From: a virus
Taxonomy: Duplodnaviria > Caudoviricetes
Strand: one strand, 5' to 3'
Virus record (IMG/VR): IMGVR_UViG_3300033555_000001
Span: 160,001 to 224,000 of that record
DNA length: 64,000 bases
Made by a program: the position numbers and the translations under genes. This document shows positions 1 through 10,378 of the stretch, piece by piece. Under the pieces are notes generated by a model. The model did no database searches. It was not told the origin of the DNA and saw only the letters and a list, made by a program, of their open reading frames with translations. Numbering within the stretch: position 1 is the first letter of the stretch; each line of letters starts with the position of its first letter.

Positions 1-3000
1 ATGAGCGACAACAGTTCGGTAACATAGAATGTTTCGCCAAAGTCCCAGTTCGGAATGTCAAAATACGTGTTGATGACATTTAACAGCTCCTCTTTAACGC
101 GCTCATTTGTCAGTGTGCTGCCCGGGGCGCGCACAACTTTAAACTTAGCACGGAATTGTGGCTCTGCAAGCGCACCAAACAAGAGCCGTAATTTACCGGA
201 GTGCAGTACAACTGTGTCACTCAACATTTTGTTTTTCAACAAATAAGAATAAGAGTTTCGCAGATCGAGTGGCGTTGGCGGTGTGGGTGCTGAGAGTGAT
301 ATTCCTCGCAAAAAGCTAATCACTGAATCATAGTACCCCTGCGTAATCACGTACGCATCATGAATGTTGGTTACGGATGGGTCAATGATATTTGTAAATG
401 GCGCAAAGTGCTGCCACATAAAATCAAGTCCTCGACCATCGCTGTTCTTTGCTGTCTGGCGGCGGCCAAAATTGCCAGCAAAGAACGCGTCTGGCCCAGC
501 AAGACTAAATGCCTGAATGGCCAGTGTTTTATCCGCAAGAGTAACGCCGGGATTATCAAGCCTAAAGTACTCATAGCTTTGCCCGTCTACAGCACCAGCA
601 AAACTTTCAAACTGCAGCAGGCGATCAGGAATTAAATCACCGCTTGAATCTTCCTGCAGTAAATCAGTTGGTACTACTTGTAGTTTGTGAAAGTCAACTA
701 CACCATTACTGTCTTTGACCGCACCAGCCACATCGTACACCTGAGAAGATGCCAGTACTTCACCGCGATAGTCTTTATTTGATCGCAAAATCTTAATGCT
801 GTCAAACACGCGCTTTTTAGTATCGCTGTCAAGTAACTGATCTGCCTCATTAAACCAGAATTTAGTGGTGCGAGATTGAACAGTAAGCGCCAGATCTCGG
901 TGGTGAACTTCATAACCAATTACGTTATTAGTCGGTTGCTGCCGCAGTTTTTTAACAAAGATTAACCAGCTGTGCTGCGCAGAACCGGCTGAGTCTTGAG
1001 CAAACAAGAATTCATCGCCGTCGTTAATGCCGCTCGCGTAGTAGGGTAACTGCGAGACTCCCAGAATTTCCCACCAGCCGTTTAGGTTAATTACCCGGGT
1101 CTCGTTAAACGCATCACCACCTCGCACAACGCTGGCAAGATCTACGCTCAAGTCATCTAAATTTTGGAGTACAAATGCATCGCCCGGTTCAAACGCAATA
1201 TTCCCAGCGCTTACTGTAAAAAACTCGGTGCCATCTGCGCTGAGCTCATACGGGTCACCAACTGCGCCGGTCTTAAATGTGCCGCGCAGATTTGACCGAA
1301 CATTAAGGGTAACACCGTCAGCACTGACTTCAATAGTAAACACCTCGGCGCTGAGTACTTCACTTGGCCGGTTATGCACAGTAATTGTGCCACTACCAAC
1401 ACCGGACAGGGTGCGGTGGTAGCGCAGCGCGAAATAGTCTTGCTCTGCAATTGGCTGTAAGCCTGATCCAATATCGCCCGGTGGAAATTTATTAATTCCA
1501 TCCACCGTGCGTGGCACTGCAGCAGCGTAGATCCGTGAATCGTCTTTTGGAAATAAATCTGGGTCTGGAATTCGCGCGAAGACTTGAGAGTTAGGGCCCT
1601 CAACAAATGCCAGCGGTTCACCATACCAGTGCCGGTCGATCAGCGCTTGCATGGCAGTTTTTTCTTTTAGTGAACCATCACCGGTTGAGCCAGCAATCAG
1701 CTTTACAAATGAGTTGCCGGAATAGTGCAGGCCCGCGCGGTTGTCTTCAATAAATGACCGGCGTGGCGGGCTGACAACGCCAGCTGTGGCTGGATCAGTT
1801 GCTGACAGGTGCAACATGGCGTTAATGACACCATTAGTGTTTAACAGCGGTTCAATAACCGAGTCTATCAGCGCCTGACCTGAAAGAGAAGTAGTCAAGG
1901 ACGTGAGGCTCAAGTCGTACTGCATAACAAGATCGTCACCAAATATTTTTACGTTCTCATAAGTTCCGCTTGGATCATTCCAGTCAATGTGCTTTGGCTG
2001 ACCAGCGAATGTACGATTTACCGCCTTAAGTCGCAGGATTGACGGGTCTTTTAGCGGAAAGGTATTGTAGTCCTGACCGTTAACCATGCGGTTTTGCGCG
2101 TAATACGTGGCTGGTGCGGACTGACGCACGTGCTCAATTGTCTCGGAGCCTGCGCCATTTTGCAGAGTGGTTGTGAGGCTAAAGGTGACTGTTGCGGTCT
2201 CGGTGTTACCGGTTGATGAGATGTAAGTAAAGGTGAGAGGCTCATTAACTACCTTGCTCTTTTGCACGACAAGCGCACGGTTAGCGCTCTGCCTCATCCA
2301 AAAACGGAACAGCCCCTGTGGAGCCTCTGCAAAATCTCCGTCTCCAAACACAATTGCAATTTGGTCGTTCTCAAGAGTGTCAACCTCGTACTTTGATCGA
2401 GTGCTGCGATCATCGTTAAAAATCAGGTTTTGCTCGTTAATTGTTTCAACCTGTTTCCAGCGCTGCTCAATACCGCCTTGACCATTAATCTTTTGTACCC
2501 ACACGTCCGTGTGATTAACGTTGTCTGGTAAAAATTCTAGTCTGCGGTTAGGCTGCTTATCAAGAATAGAATAATCAATGCGAGTCAGTGTACCCTGTTT
2601 TACATAGGCCAAAAAGCCTGTGTAGTCTGAGCCATCACCAATACCGTCATTTGCGTAGATAATTGACAGCGCTGAGGCCAAATCAGGCTCGCGTTCCAGC
2701 GGGCCGTTTTCGTCAATGTCGGCTGAGACAACTTCCATTGGAAAGCTGTCCAGCCCAGTTGAAGCAGAGAATGGATATACCCCATTAGTAAATGAATTTT
2801 GCGTGGAGTTCAGCGCGTACAAGTCCATTACTACGTCACCAACTTGAAACGTCTTTTGCGGCTGACCAAAGCGCGTAGTAAGCACACGGTTTGCTATCAG
2901 CAAAAACTGCTCTTTCCAGTTCGCGTTGTTTGGATCATTCCAGCCAACAACTAAACCAGCAATGTCAGTACCACGCGAATCAAACGCGCGTTCGGTTGTA

Positions 3001-3359
3001 CTGATGCTTGTGAACTTTACAAGTCCACGTACCGGAATATTTCGTGTTGCCTTATAGGAAATAAGTTTTGCCAGGCGCAGGATAGACTGTTTACGTTGCG
3101 CGGTAGTAATAAAATTCTCATGCGAGACCATGTCAACACGGTACGCAAGTTGCTCGGCCACGTATGCAAAAATCTCAAGCATAGCAATAAGTTCGCTGGA
3201 CTCAAGCAAATCGTTAAAGACTTCGCTGTAGTAAATGCGCAAGTAATCAACGAGCGACTGTTTGATCGTGTCAGCGTCGTACGATGTAAAGTTTACCTTG
3301 GTAAACCCCTCGTAAATTTTGTCCCAGCTTTCTGCACTATTACTATTTCTGAATGCCAT
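1..3359 (-). CDS. Baseplate wedge subunit (T4 gp6-like), C-terminus beyond the left edge, >1119 aa
   Basis: Missing from the ORF track because it has no stop inside the window. Manual translation from ATG 3359 gives MAFRNSNSAESWDKIYEGF...LAYRVDMVSHENFITTAQRKQSILRLAKLISY; the same frame reads QNRMVNGQDY near 2080 and FDIPNWDFGETFY near 40. Only sampled segments were translated. It lies downstream of gp25. Confidence 0.85.
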   Translation of the reverse strand, partial: MAFRNSNSAESWDKIYEGFTKVNFTSYDADTIKQSLVDYLRIYYSEVFNDLLESSELIAMLEIFAYVAEQLAYRVDMVSHENFITTAQRKQSILRLAKLISYKATRNIPVRGLVKFTSISTTERAFDSRGTDIAGLVVGWNDPNNANWKEQFLLIANRVLTTRFGQPQKTFQVGDVVMDLYALNSTQNSFTNGVYPFSASTGLDSFPMEVVSADIDENGPLEREPDLASALSIIYANDGIGDGSDYTGFLAYVKQGTLTRIDYSILDKQPNRRLEFLPDNVNHTDVWVQKINGQGGIEQRWKQVETINEQNLIFNDDRSTRSKYEVDTLENDQIAIVFGDGDFAEAPQGLFRFWMRQSANRALVVQKSKVVNEPLTFTYISSTGNTETATVTFSLTTTLQNGAGSETIEHVRQSAPATYYAQNRMVNGQDYNTFPLKDPSILRLKAVNRTFAGQPKHIDWNDPSGTYENVKIFGDDLVMQYDLSLTSLTTSLSGQALIDSVIEPLLNTNGVINAMLHLSATDPATAGVVSPPRRSFIEDNRAGLHYSGNSFVKLIAGSTGDGSLKEKTAMQALIDRHWYGEPLAFVEGPNSQVFARIPDPDLFPKDDSRIYAAAVPRTVDGINKFPPGDIGSGLQPIAEQDYFALRYHRTLSGVGSGTITVHNRPSEVLSAEVFTIEVSADGVTLNVRSNLRGTFKTGAVGDPYELSADGTEFFTVSAGNIAFEPGDAFVLQNLDDLSVDLASVVRGGDAFNETRVINLNGWWEILGVSQLPYYASGINDGDEFLFAQDSAGSAQHSWLIFVKKLRQQPTNNVIGYEVHHRDLALTVQSRTTKFWFNEADQLLDSDTKKRVFDSIKILRSNKDYRGEVLASSQVYDVAGAVKDSNGVVDFHKLQVVPTDLLQEDSSGDLIPDRLLQFESFAGAVDGQSYEYFRLDNPGVTLADKTLAIQAFSLAGPDAFFAGNFGRRQTAKNSDGRGLDFMWQHFAPFTNIIDPSVTNIHDAYVITQGYYDSVISFLRGISLSAPTPPTPLDLRNSYSYLLKNKMLSDTVVLHSGKLRLLFGALAEPQFRAKFKVVRAPGSTLTNERVKEELLNVINTYFDIPNWDFGETFYVTELLSL

Positions 3360-3386
3360 ATATGTCCTAAATCAAAGTACAGCTAT

Positions 3387-3830
3387 TTACACTGGTAGGC
3401 GGTTGGCAGGAATTGAACCCTTCTGGACTAACCACATGCGATTGCTTTGCGGATTATTTTTAAATCCAAAACGCCGATAGAACTTTTGAAGCTTATTAAC
3501 CTGTTCATCATCTGACATAGCTGAATCAGCATTCACGGCTTGACCAGGGAACGGATCTAAAAAGATAAGCTCGGCTGCCTGTGCTTCTGGCGTTTGCAGA
3601 AATTGTTTCATCAGTTTATCGCCATCACCGTTTCCCGGGTTATTAACCGAAATCATTTGAAGCTCAAGGACCTCTTTACTGTACCCATCAGGAATATACC
3701 CGGCGTGCTCTTCATCTTCAAGATCAGACTTCCAACCGTATTTGACGTATCCTTCAGCGGTTTTAATCTGCGCTTCCGACGGGTTTTCTGAAGATTTAAT
3801 AAAGCCTCTACAGATTTCAAGCAGCTTCAT
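3387..3830 (-). CDS. GNAT-family acetyltransferase-like protein with MKLLE leader
   Basis: Contains PGNGDGDKLMK (GNAT motif A-like) and LQKFYRRFGF (motif B-like). Confidence 0.65.
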   Translation of the reverse strand: MKLLEICRGFIKSSENPSEAQIKTAEGYVKYGWKSDLEDEEHAGYIPDGYSKEVLELQMISVNNPGNGDGDKLMKQFLQTPEAQAAELIFLDPFPGQAVNADSAMSDDEQVNKLQKFYRRFGFKNNPQSNRMWLVQKGSIPANRLPV

Positions 3831-3831
3831 T

Positions 3832-4212
3832 TTACGCCCCAGTACTAAATGACAGCTTTAGTGTTTCGGTAATATTGAGCTCAACGTAGCGCAAGTCAAC
3901 AAAAGCAAAGATCGCGTTGTTATCCGGTGCAGCGTTAACTGACATGTCAATTAGCTGCACGCGCGGATCGTAATCAATTACTTTTTTTAAATCTTCTTTT
4001 ACAATATCAAGGGTCAAATTATCAAGTGGCTGAAATGCCAGTAACGGGATTCGCGTGCCAAAATCAGGCAAGTGCACGCGCTCACCAGGAATTGTGTAAA
4101 TGTGATTTAGTAAATCCTGTTTTACCAGTTCTTGATTTGTGAGCGAAAAGCCACGCTTCTTGTTAGCTAAGTACGAGGCAGTACTGAATCCGCGGTAGAG
4201 TGGTAGAGCCAT
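3832..4212 (-). CDS. Baseplate wedge protein gp25-like
   Basis: VKQDLLNHIYTIPGERVHLPDFGTRIP...YDPRV is the GPW/gp25 signature; baseplate context. Confidence 0.9.
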   Translation of the reverse strand: MALPLYRGFSTASYLANKKRGFSLTNQELVKQDLLNHIYTIPGERVHLPDFGTRIPLLAFQPLDNLTLDIVKEDLKKVIDYDPRVQLIDMSVNAAPDNNAIFAFVDLRYVELNITETLKLSFSTGA

Positions 4213-4225
4213 AAATTTCCTTTAA

Positions 4226-5341
4226 TTAAGCACGCCAATTTTTATTACGAGCAGTCTTTGACGCTGCCCGGGGCCATGGCTCGTGCGATGGAACTGTGCT
4301 TGGGCCTGTCAGGCAGTCTGCTCCAGCAGCTGCTGGGCCGTTAAGATGAATGTTAGAACCAGTACAAAGTACTGCCCCCGCTGAGAGAATATTAAAGCTC
4401 TCAGTAGATTCTAAATTAATGCCACCACCGCTTACTGATAGTTTCCCGCACGATGTCAGCTTAAGCGCGCCAGTGGCGCCAATGTTTACCTCTTTACCGG
4501 CGCTCACATTAAACGATCCAGCAGCAGAAATATTAAAATCACCGCCCGTTGAAAAGCTAATGCTGCCCGCACCATACACATGCACTCGACCGTCCTGATC
4601 CATTTCAATCCATGATTTGCCGTGCGCAGTGCTCACATAAATTCGCTCGTTAGCGTCATCCAAAATAACTTGATGACCTGCCGCGGACTTAATTCGAACA
4701 CGGCCGGTTTCCGGGTTGTCTTGAAAAATTAAAGAGTGCCGGCCTGGTGTTGTGAGTGCATAAGTTTGCGGATCCAGTTGCGCGCGACCATTAAATTCTG
4801 GGTCTTTTAAATTTCGCTGATAGCCCTCTTTACCGTCTTTTTCAGTTTTGTCCTGTGCAACCGCACGTTCGTACGCGCCGCGGGTGCGGGCCTCTGGCGC
4901 ATCAAGCGCGTTATTAAACTGCTGCAGCAAATTGTTGTGTTGCGGCTGCACTGGTTCAAATGTGTCAGAGAGTGGGCTCTTTCCAAGGTCTGCTCTATTT
5001 CGACCAGTTGGCATAGACCTGTTACCATGATCTCTAAAATATGACCCCATGTAAACTCGGCGATTTACGTCACCATACAGGAAACCCACCACGCAAAGCG
5101 CACCTGTCTTTGGCACAGCAAAAAAGCCGTATGCTTGCAGCCCGCTAGTGATTGTGGCTGCAGGACCTGCCGGGTAATCTCTGGTTTGCCCTGCTAGAGG
5201 AGAAGAATAAGTTGCCCACGGCAAATCTATTACGTTGTAGAGCTCGCCATCAATTGCTGGCACGTATATTTTAACTCGACCCATTTGCTGAGGATCATTA
5301 GTGTCTACAACAACACCCTCCATTAATCCAGGAGTGTTCAT
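4226..5341 (-). CDS. Baseplate hub/spike protein gp5-like (OB fold plus beta-helix, no lysozyme domain evident)
   Basis: GVVVDTNDPQQMGRVKIYVP...LPWA is the gp5/VgrG OB-fold motif; C-terminal beta-rich repeats follow. Confidence 0.85.
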   Translation of the reverse strand: MNTPGLMEGVVVDTNDPQQMGRVKIYVPAIDGELYNVIDLPWATYSSPLAGQTRDYPAGPAATITSGLQAYGFFAVPKTGALCVVGFLYGDVNRRVYMGSYFRDHGNRSMPTGRNRADLGKSPLSDTFEPVQPQHNNLLQQFNNALDAPEARTRGAYERAVAQDKTEKDGKEGYQRNLKDPEFNGRAQLDPQTYALTTPGRHSLIFQDNPETGRVRIKSAAGHQVILDDANERIYVSTAHGKSWIEMDQDGRVHVYGAGSISFSTGGDFNISAAGSFNVSAGKEVNIGATGALKLTSCGKLSVSGGGINLESTESFNILSAGAVLCTGSNIHLNGPAAAGADCLTGPSTVPSHEPWPRAASKTARNKNWRA

Positions 5342-7449
5342 TTAATTTCCTTGACAGTGCTGGTGTTTTTACCAGTTGCGGTAAGATTATTTTGCAAAAA
5401 ATTCATTGCTGTTGCCAGCTCAAATTCCTGGGTAAATTTGGAGCCTTCAATTTTTGTTCGAATAGAGCGCACAAAAAAGTAGTTATCGTAAAACAGGCGC
5501 GTGCCAAAGTCTTGCCCGGCAATTAGCTCATTAGTAATAAAATCTACGTTAGGACCAAACACATTTACTTTTACAAAAATGGGCGTGCCTACCATACTTG
5601 GCCCCTGTAGCGGAGAGTTTACCTTAAAGCCGCCACCCGGAGACTGCTGTAACCCGGGTGTTAGCCGAAGTAGCTCCGCCTCAAATTGCGTTCTGTACTC
5701 GGCTTTTGAGTTGTCATTTGTTTTTGAGTTTCCATTATCAGCAAAAGTAGTAGCGCTTACGTGTTTTAATATTGATGTAAGTGTTACGCGCTCAAGCAGA
5801 TCTGGGTTACCCCTGATTGTCATCTTTATATCTGTTGAGCCACCCACCAAGTAGTTAGTTGAGTTTTGAGTATAGCGTTGGGCAATTGTCTGCGCAGATT
5901 CTCCTGACGCTCCAGTACCAGCACTAAGATTACTGAAATTTGTACTTTGATCCCCAGTACGAGGCGGGAAAAGCACAGGGTCTTTTGATCTAATATTTGC
6001 TGGGCTACTTTGCCCGCCCCGTACTTCTTCGCCATCTGCCTGCTGATTATCTACTTTATCTGCAACTGTCAATAACTTCCCTTGTCCTAACGAAGTTTTA
6101 GACAGCAACATCAGATTTAAATTCTTAATTTTTAAATCAAGCGACAGCACATCTATATTTTTACCTGAAAATATGTAGTCGTATTCTAGGAAGTTTTTTG
6201 GAACTTGTATATTCCCACCTTGACCGGCAATGGTTTCAAAGTATGGTGCTTGATCACCAACAGCATCAGTCTTTGCATTTAGTTCTACATTTGGAACCAC
6301 AAACTCTACAACGTCTACGTGCACAGTATATGTTGAATCGTCGCTGGTTATTGAAACGAGATGTTTAAAAAATTTAACATTGCTGGTGGTACCTGGATCT
6401 TTTTTAAAGTTCCCAAGTTCCATGACTTGTACTGTTTGACTCAAGATAATATCAAGCACTTCTGTAATTGAGATGTTTGGATCAACAGCAATAAAACTGT
6501 CTTTTGCAGGTGCGGCATTATTAATTGGCGTGGTGCGTGGGCCTACTCGCTTGTTTTCTTCTGTGCGTAACATGTCTCTAAAATTTGTTTCAATGGCGCC
6601 ACCTTGTGCTGGCCCAGAAAAGCCGTAGTCTGCCCAGCCTTTAGGCAGCGTAATCATGTACTGCACTGGACGGCCGGAAGAAAACTCCAGGCCTAATTTT
6701 GCCGTTGTGGTGGTGGCTTCGGCGTCATTGTACTGCCTGAAGCGGGCAAAAGACTCGGCGTTAAGTCTGCGTTCGAACGCTGCCACTACAGCGCCTAGTG
6801 TGTTGGCTCCATCACCAGTAAAATATGATGAGGCAGTTCCAAGATTTGTCCATTTACTATTTACTTCTCTAGAGCTGAGCACACCTACTAGCGAGATAAA
6901 TTTACAGGCGTACACGCCCTTTGTGTCATTTAGGTCCAGCTGTATCTCGTTAAAAAGTGCCGGAATACCAACTGACTGAACAACTTTTGTTTCGCCGCTT
7001 GCAGTGTGCCCAATAAACATGATTCTAATAAGCACAGACATGCCGCTTGTGCTTACTCCGAACCGCGCTTCCATTAAAAACTGTAGAAAATTAGCAAATG
7101 ATATTCCTTGACTGTCAAGTATTGTCATTGCAAGCTCTTGAGCCGCAGTATTAGGGCTGGTGCCGGGCGCCGCATAGCCCGTTGCATTAGACTTAATATC
7201 AAAGGAAGTAACTGTGAATTGCGAAAATCTGCGAGTATCCATCATTAGGAAAACTCCGCCACCGGGCTGACCGCTTACCTTTACTTCGTTTCCTAACTGC
7301 GTGCACGCATCAACGGCCTGTAGCGATTTGGCCATTGAGCCACCGCTGGTTTCAGTAAACTGGCGTAGCTCTTCTGTGCTTCGCGCGGCGAGCATTACAT
7401 AGTGAATACTGTGAGACTGAAACTCATCTAATTTATTTTTAATAAACAT
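5338..7449 (-). CDS. Putative baseplate hub protein (gp27-like), 703 aa
   Basis: Located between gp53-like and gp5-like genes; C-terminal IRGNPDL and YFFVRSIRTKIEGSKFTQEFE resemble hub proteins. Confidence 0.55.
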   Translation of the reverse strand: MFIKNKLDEFQSHSIHYVMLAARSTEELRQFTETSGGSMAKSLQAVDACTQLGNEVKVSGQPGGGVFLMMDTRRFSQFTVTSFDIKSNATGYAAPGTSPNTAAQELAMTILDSQGISFANFLQFLMEARFGVSTSGMSVLIRIMFIGHTASGETKVVQSVGIPALFNEIQLDLNDTKGVYACKFISLVGVLSSREVNSKWTNLGTASSYFTGDGANTLGAVVAAFERRLNAESFARFRQYNDAEATTTTAKLGLEFSSGRPVQYMITLPKGWADYGFSGPAQGGAIETNFRDMLRTEENKRVGPRTTPINNAAPAKDSFIAVDPNISITEVLDIILSQTVQVMELGNFKKDPGTTSNVKFFKHLVSITSDDSTYTVHVDVVEFVVPNVELNAKTDAVGDQAPYFETIAGQGGNIQVPKNFLEYDYIFSGKNIDVLSLDLKIKNLNLMLLSKTSLGQGKLLTVADKVDNQQADGEEVRGGQSSPANIRSKDPVLFPPRTGDQSTNFSNLSAGTGASGESAQTIAQRYTQNSTNYLVGGSTDIKMTIRGNPDLLERVTLTSILKHVSATTFADNGNSKTNDNSKAEYRTQFEAELLRLTPGLQQSPGGGFKVNSPLQGPSMVGTPIFVKVNVFGPNVDFITNELIAGQDFGTRLFYDNYFFVRSIRTKIEGSKFTQEFELATAMNFLQNNLTATGKNTSTVKEIK

Positions 7450-7450
7450 G

Positions 7451-7837
7451 TTATACGATTGGTGTTATGTTAGTCAGTGGAATTTCTCTAGTAGAAGCAA
7501 ACCCGCCGATTTTCCCAGCAAGAAGCGATTGCACTCGGCTGCGTGATGGAATGCGCAGTACACGGCCTAGCGCGATCTCGGCAAATGGATCTAAAATTGC
7601 GTTGTACTGCGCAATAAACCACCACAGATGAGAATCACCCAAATAAGCAGCTGCAATTAAATCCAGCCGACCTTCAGTTTTTTTGTCAACGGTGTATCTT
7701 TCATCAGTGTCATCAAGCTCAAATACAGTGCGTTCCCACCACTCAAGGTTGCGAGAGCCTACTTCGGTTTTGCCGCCAACCACATAGCGTGATTGTTGCA
7801 CCAGTGTTGAATTAGTTTCAGCCAAATTCTTCTCCAA
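7451..7837 (-). CDS. Baseplate wedge gp53-like LysM protein
   Basis: RLDLIAAAYLGDSHLWWFIAQYNAILDP...GRVLRIP. Confidence 0.8.
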   Translation of the reverse strand: MEKNLAETNSTLVQQSRYVVGGKTEVGSRNLEWWERTVFELDDTDERYTVDKKTEGRLDLIAAAYLGDSHLWWFIAQYNAILDPFAEIALGRVLRIPSRSRVQSLLAGKIGGFASTREIPLTNITPIV

Positions 7838-8983
7838 TTAATCTCTGCTAATAACATTGCCTTGTTCGTCATATCGAATCTCTGAAATAAATGATGGCTT
7901 AGGCATAATCTTTTTTAGATTATTACGGCCTTCATTACCATAATTTCGTGACGCCTCGCTGATGGATGGCGGCGGTGCCGGCTGTGGCGTGCTGTTAGTA
8001 ATTCCTTGATTGCCACCCACCGGTTCAGACGCGTATTTGGAACCTTCAGCTCGAATAAGCGGCGCGTACGCGTCAAGCATAAGGCCAAATCTAAATGCAG
8101 TAAGATCAAAGCCGTTAAACTGTTCGGCCGAAAATGACTCAACAATGTTTAAGTTAATGTTCATGACAGTTGGGAATGGAATCTCTTGTCCGTCTTTGTC
8201 AAATACGTTAGTTGGGATCCAGTCGCAATCTCGCGGCCAGTTCCACTGCGCATTAGTAAGTACGACTGGAACCGTGCCGACAAGTCCTCTCCAACCAGAA
8301 AAGTTAAGAACTGGCGGTGGGCCGCCCAAGCGAGTACTAAACTCGCCGTCTAATTGTTTTTGCCCAAAAAAGGGCATACACCAACTTCTGATTCGGTTAA
8401 TAAAATAATAGTTTTTCTGCGCCTCTTCGCGGGTCCGGCAAGTAAATGTTGCTGAGATCGTCCATGTGGTGCTCTTAGTACCGCGATATTTTTGAAATTC
8501 GCCGGGGAGTTGCGAGGTTTGTAGTGCCTCGTAGTCTGCAGTGCGGTTCTCAGTAACCTCTGGCATGTTATCAAAGACAACACCGCCGTCCTGCGAGTTT
8601 ACACCGGTTAACTGAACCTTGTGCTGTTGGTTACCCGCATCATTTGCCTTGCCCAGTGCAGCGTTGGTTGCTGCGGCAGAGGTAGAACTAGTTTGTGCCT
8701 GTACCAGCGAGGCAGCAGTACTGTAGTACGGGTTGTCAGACAGTTGGCTATCAGACACTGCTGCATTAAACACCGCTGCAGCACTAAGTGCTTGGAACGT
8801 TGGAGCACCCGTTCCAAGTTTAGTAAATGGGCCAGTACTGCCAAAGGTAGTTGTTACAGCGCTGAAGCTCTCGTTGACCAGCGAGTCAACCGGTGCAGTG
8901 GCGTAGCTTATTAAATTGTTTGTGACGCTGCCCAGGCCGGATACGCTTGGCAGTGATTTAATAGTTGAATCTAGCAAACCCAT
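7838..8983 (-). CDS. Tube-initiator/baseplate protein (gp48/gp54-like tube fold)
   Basis: FDNMPEVTENRTADY, RLGGPPPVLNFSGW and VPVVLTNAQWNW are typical of tube-initiator proteins; baseplate context. Confidence 0.6.
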   Translation of the reverse strand: MGLLDSTIKSLPSVSGLGSVTNNLISYATAPVDSLVNESFSAVTTTFGSTGPFTKLGTGAPTFQALSAAAVFNAAVSDSQLSDNPYYSTAASLVQAQTSSTSAAATNAALGKANDAGNQQHKVQLTGVNSQDGGVVFDNMPEVTENRTADYEALQTSQLPGEFQKYRGTKSTTWTISATFTCRTREEAQKNYYFINRIRSWCMPFFGQKQLDGEFSTRLGGPPPVLNFSGWRGLVGTVPVVLTNAQWNWPRDCDWIPTNVFDKDGQEIPFPTVMNINLNIVESFSAEQFNGFDLTAFRFGLMLDAYAPLIRAEGSKYASEPVGGNQGITNSTPQPAPPPSISEASRNYGNEGRNNLKKIMPKPSFISEIRYDEQGNVISRD

Positions 8984-9684
8984 TACTTCTCCGCCGCGCG
9001 CCGTTGCGCTTTAATTTTGTTGAACATGAGCTCTGCAATTTCTGGTTTATCTTTTAGACCTACCAAAATTGTAAATTTGTTTAGGTCGTTTTCTTTGACC
9101 GCATGGCGTGCCAATGAAGCGCTGACCATGTTTACTGGAATTTCATCATCAGTATATTTGAGCACCGCATCAAGTTCAGCAACAGAATCTAATTTTGCCG
9201 ATGGAGCTGAAGTTCGGTTCATTGAAATAGCATAATGCGCAATGTCACCGCCGTCAGGTGTTTTAAAATATGTGTCAAGCATGCCTAGATAGCCATCTGT
9301 TATGTCGGTGCCAGCGGCAACCGCGATAGGTTCAAAACCAGCTTTTCGCACTTCTTCAAAAGCAGCAAAGGCTGAAGTAGCAGTTAAAAACTTTACTCCA
9401 TCAGCTTTGCCGGACGCGGTCATAAAACTAATTCGCTCACCTGCAGAGAGTGGATTGCGCAGCTTGTCTTTTGAGCTTTCTACACCCTCAACTATTACGG
9501 CGATTGGCACGGCCTCTAAATTAAGTTTTGGGTTATTGCGAATGTACTTTTTGGCGGCGTCAAAGAGCGCGTAGTGCCCGATAGTTGGGGGCGAAAATCT
9601 GCCGACCACAATAGCAGCTCGCCTGGATTGCTCGCCAGCAGTGCCCTCAAACAGGAATAAAATTACATCGTCAGTATCATTCAT
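8983..9684 (-). CDS. Cytidyltransferase-like (HIGH-superfamily) nucleotidyltransferase
   Basis: GRFSPPTIGH, NPLSAGER and SASLAR motifs. Start placed at ATG 9684; the ORF track uses GTG 9705. Confidence 0.8.
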   Translation of the reverse strand: MNDTDDVILFLFEGTAGEQSRRAAIVVGRFSPPTIGHYALFDAAKKYIRNNPKLNLEAVPIAVIVEGVESSKDKLRNPLSAGERISFMTASGKADGVKFLTATSAFAAFEEVRKAGFEPIAVAAGTDITDGYLGMLDTYFKTPDGGDIAHYAISMNRTSAPSAKLDSVAELDAVLKYTDDEIPVNMVSASLARHAVKENDLNKFTILVGLKDKPEIAELMFNKIKAQRRAAEK

Positions 9685-9850
9685 CTCATATTTAGTCCTG
9701 AACACGGAACACTGCGCGGGTCACCCGCGGGTCCCGGGTTTAATACAATAAATGTGGCGGCCGGGAGTGCGTGATCCCGGGTGGTGTGGCGCCCAGGCCC
9801 AGGATAGCTTAGAATTACCTATGCCGATCAACACCCTCTTAGGATACAAT

Positions 9851-10378
9851 ATGACGGCAATTAAAACTACAGTACTGCCAGCAGAATCAACAGTAAAACC
9901 AGCAAAGCAAGTAAAAGCCGCAAAGAAAGAACGGTCAAAGTCTACCAAAGGGCACTATGTTACTAACGCCCAGTTACTTGCAGCGTTCTATGAGGCTAAA
10001 GCAGCCGGTAAATTAACAAATCAAATGGCAAAGTACCTGATGATGGTTGCCACAAAGTACTCTTACCACCCGTGGTTTGCGAACTATTCGTTCAGAGAAG
10101 ATATGGTGTGCACGGCGGTTGTTAATCTGTGCGCAAATTGGCACAAGTTTAATCCAGAGAAACAAGAAAATCCTAATCCGTTCTCGTACTACACAACCGC
10201 ATCGTACCGCAGCTTTCTTTCGTACCTGGAAGCCGAGCGTAAAGAGCGAGATATTCGTGATGAGCTCTTAATTGGAGCAGGATCTAACCCATCGTTTAAC
10301 TACGGTTCCCGTCAAGGCGCCAGCGGTAAAACATCTGATGATACCGCTTTTGCCGGCACAGGCGGCGGCGAAGATTAA
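9851..10378 (+). CDS. Late-transcription sigma factor (T4 gp55-like)
   Basis: HYVTNAQLL, NYSFREDM and NPFSYYT motifs; AGGA Shine-Dalgarno at 9841 before ATG 9851. Confidence 0.9.
   Translation: MTAIKTTVLPAESTVKPAKQVKAAKKERSKSTKGHYVTNAQLLAAFYEAKAAGKLTNQMAKYLMMVATKYSYHPWFANYSFREDMVCTAVVNLCANWHKFNPEKQENPNPFSYYTTASYRSFLSYLEAERKERDIRDELLIGAGSNPSFNYGSRQGASGKTSDDTAFAGTGGGED

Noticed and set aside
55-3398. Short ORFs listed on both strands across 55-3398
   Set aside because: They are shadows of the single long minus-strand gp6-like ORF, which the track omits because it runs off the window.
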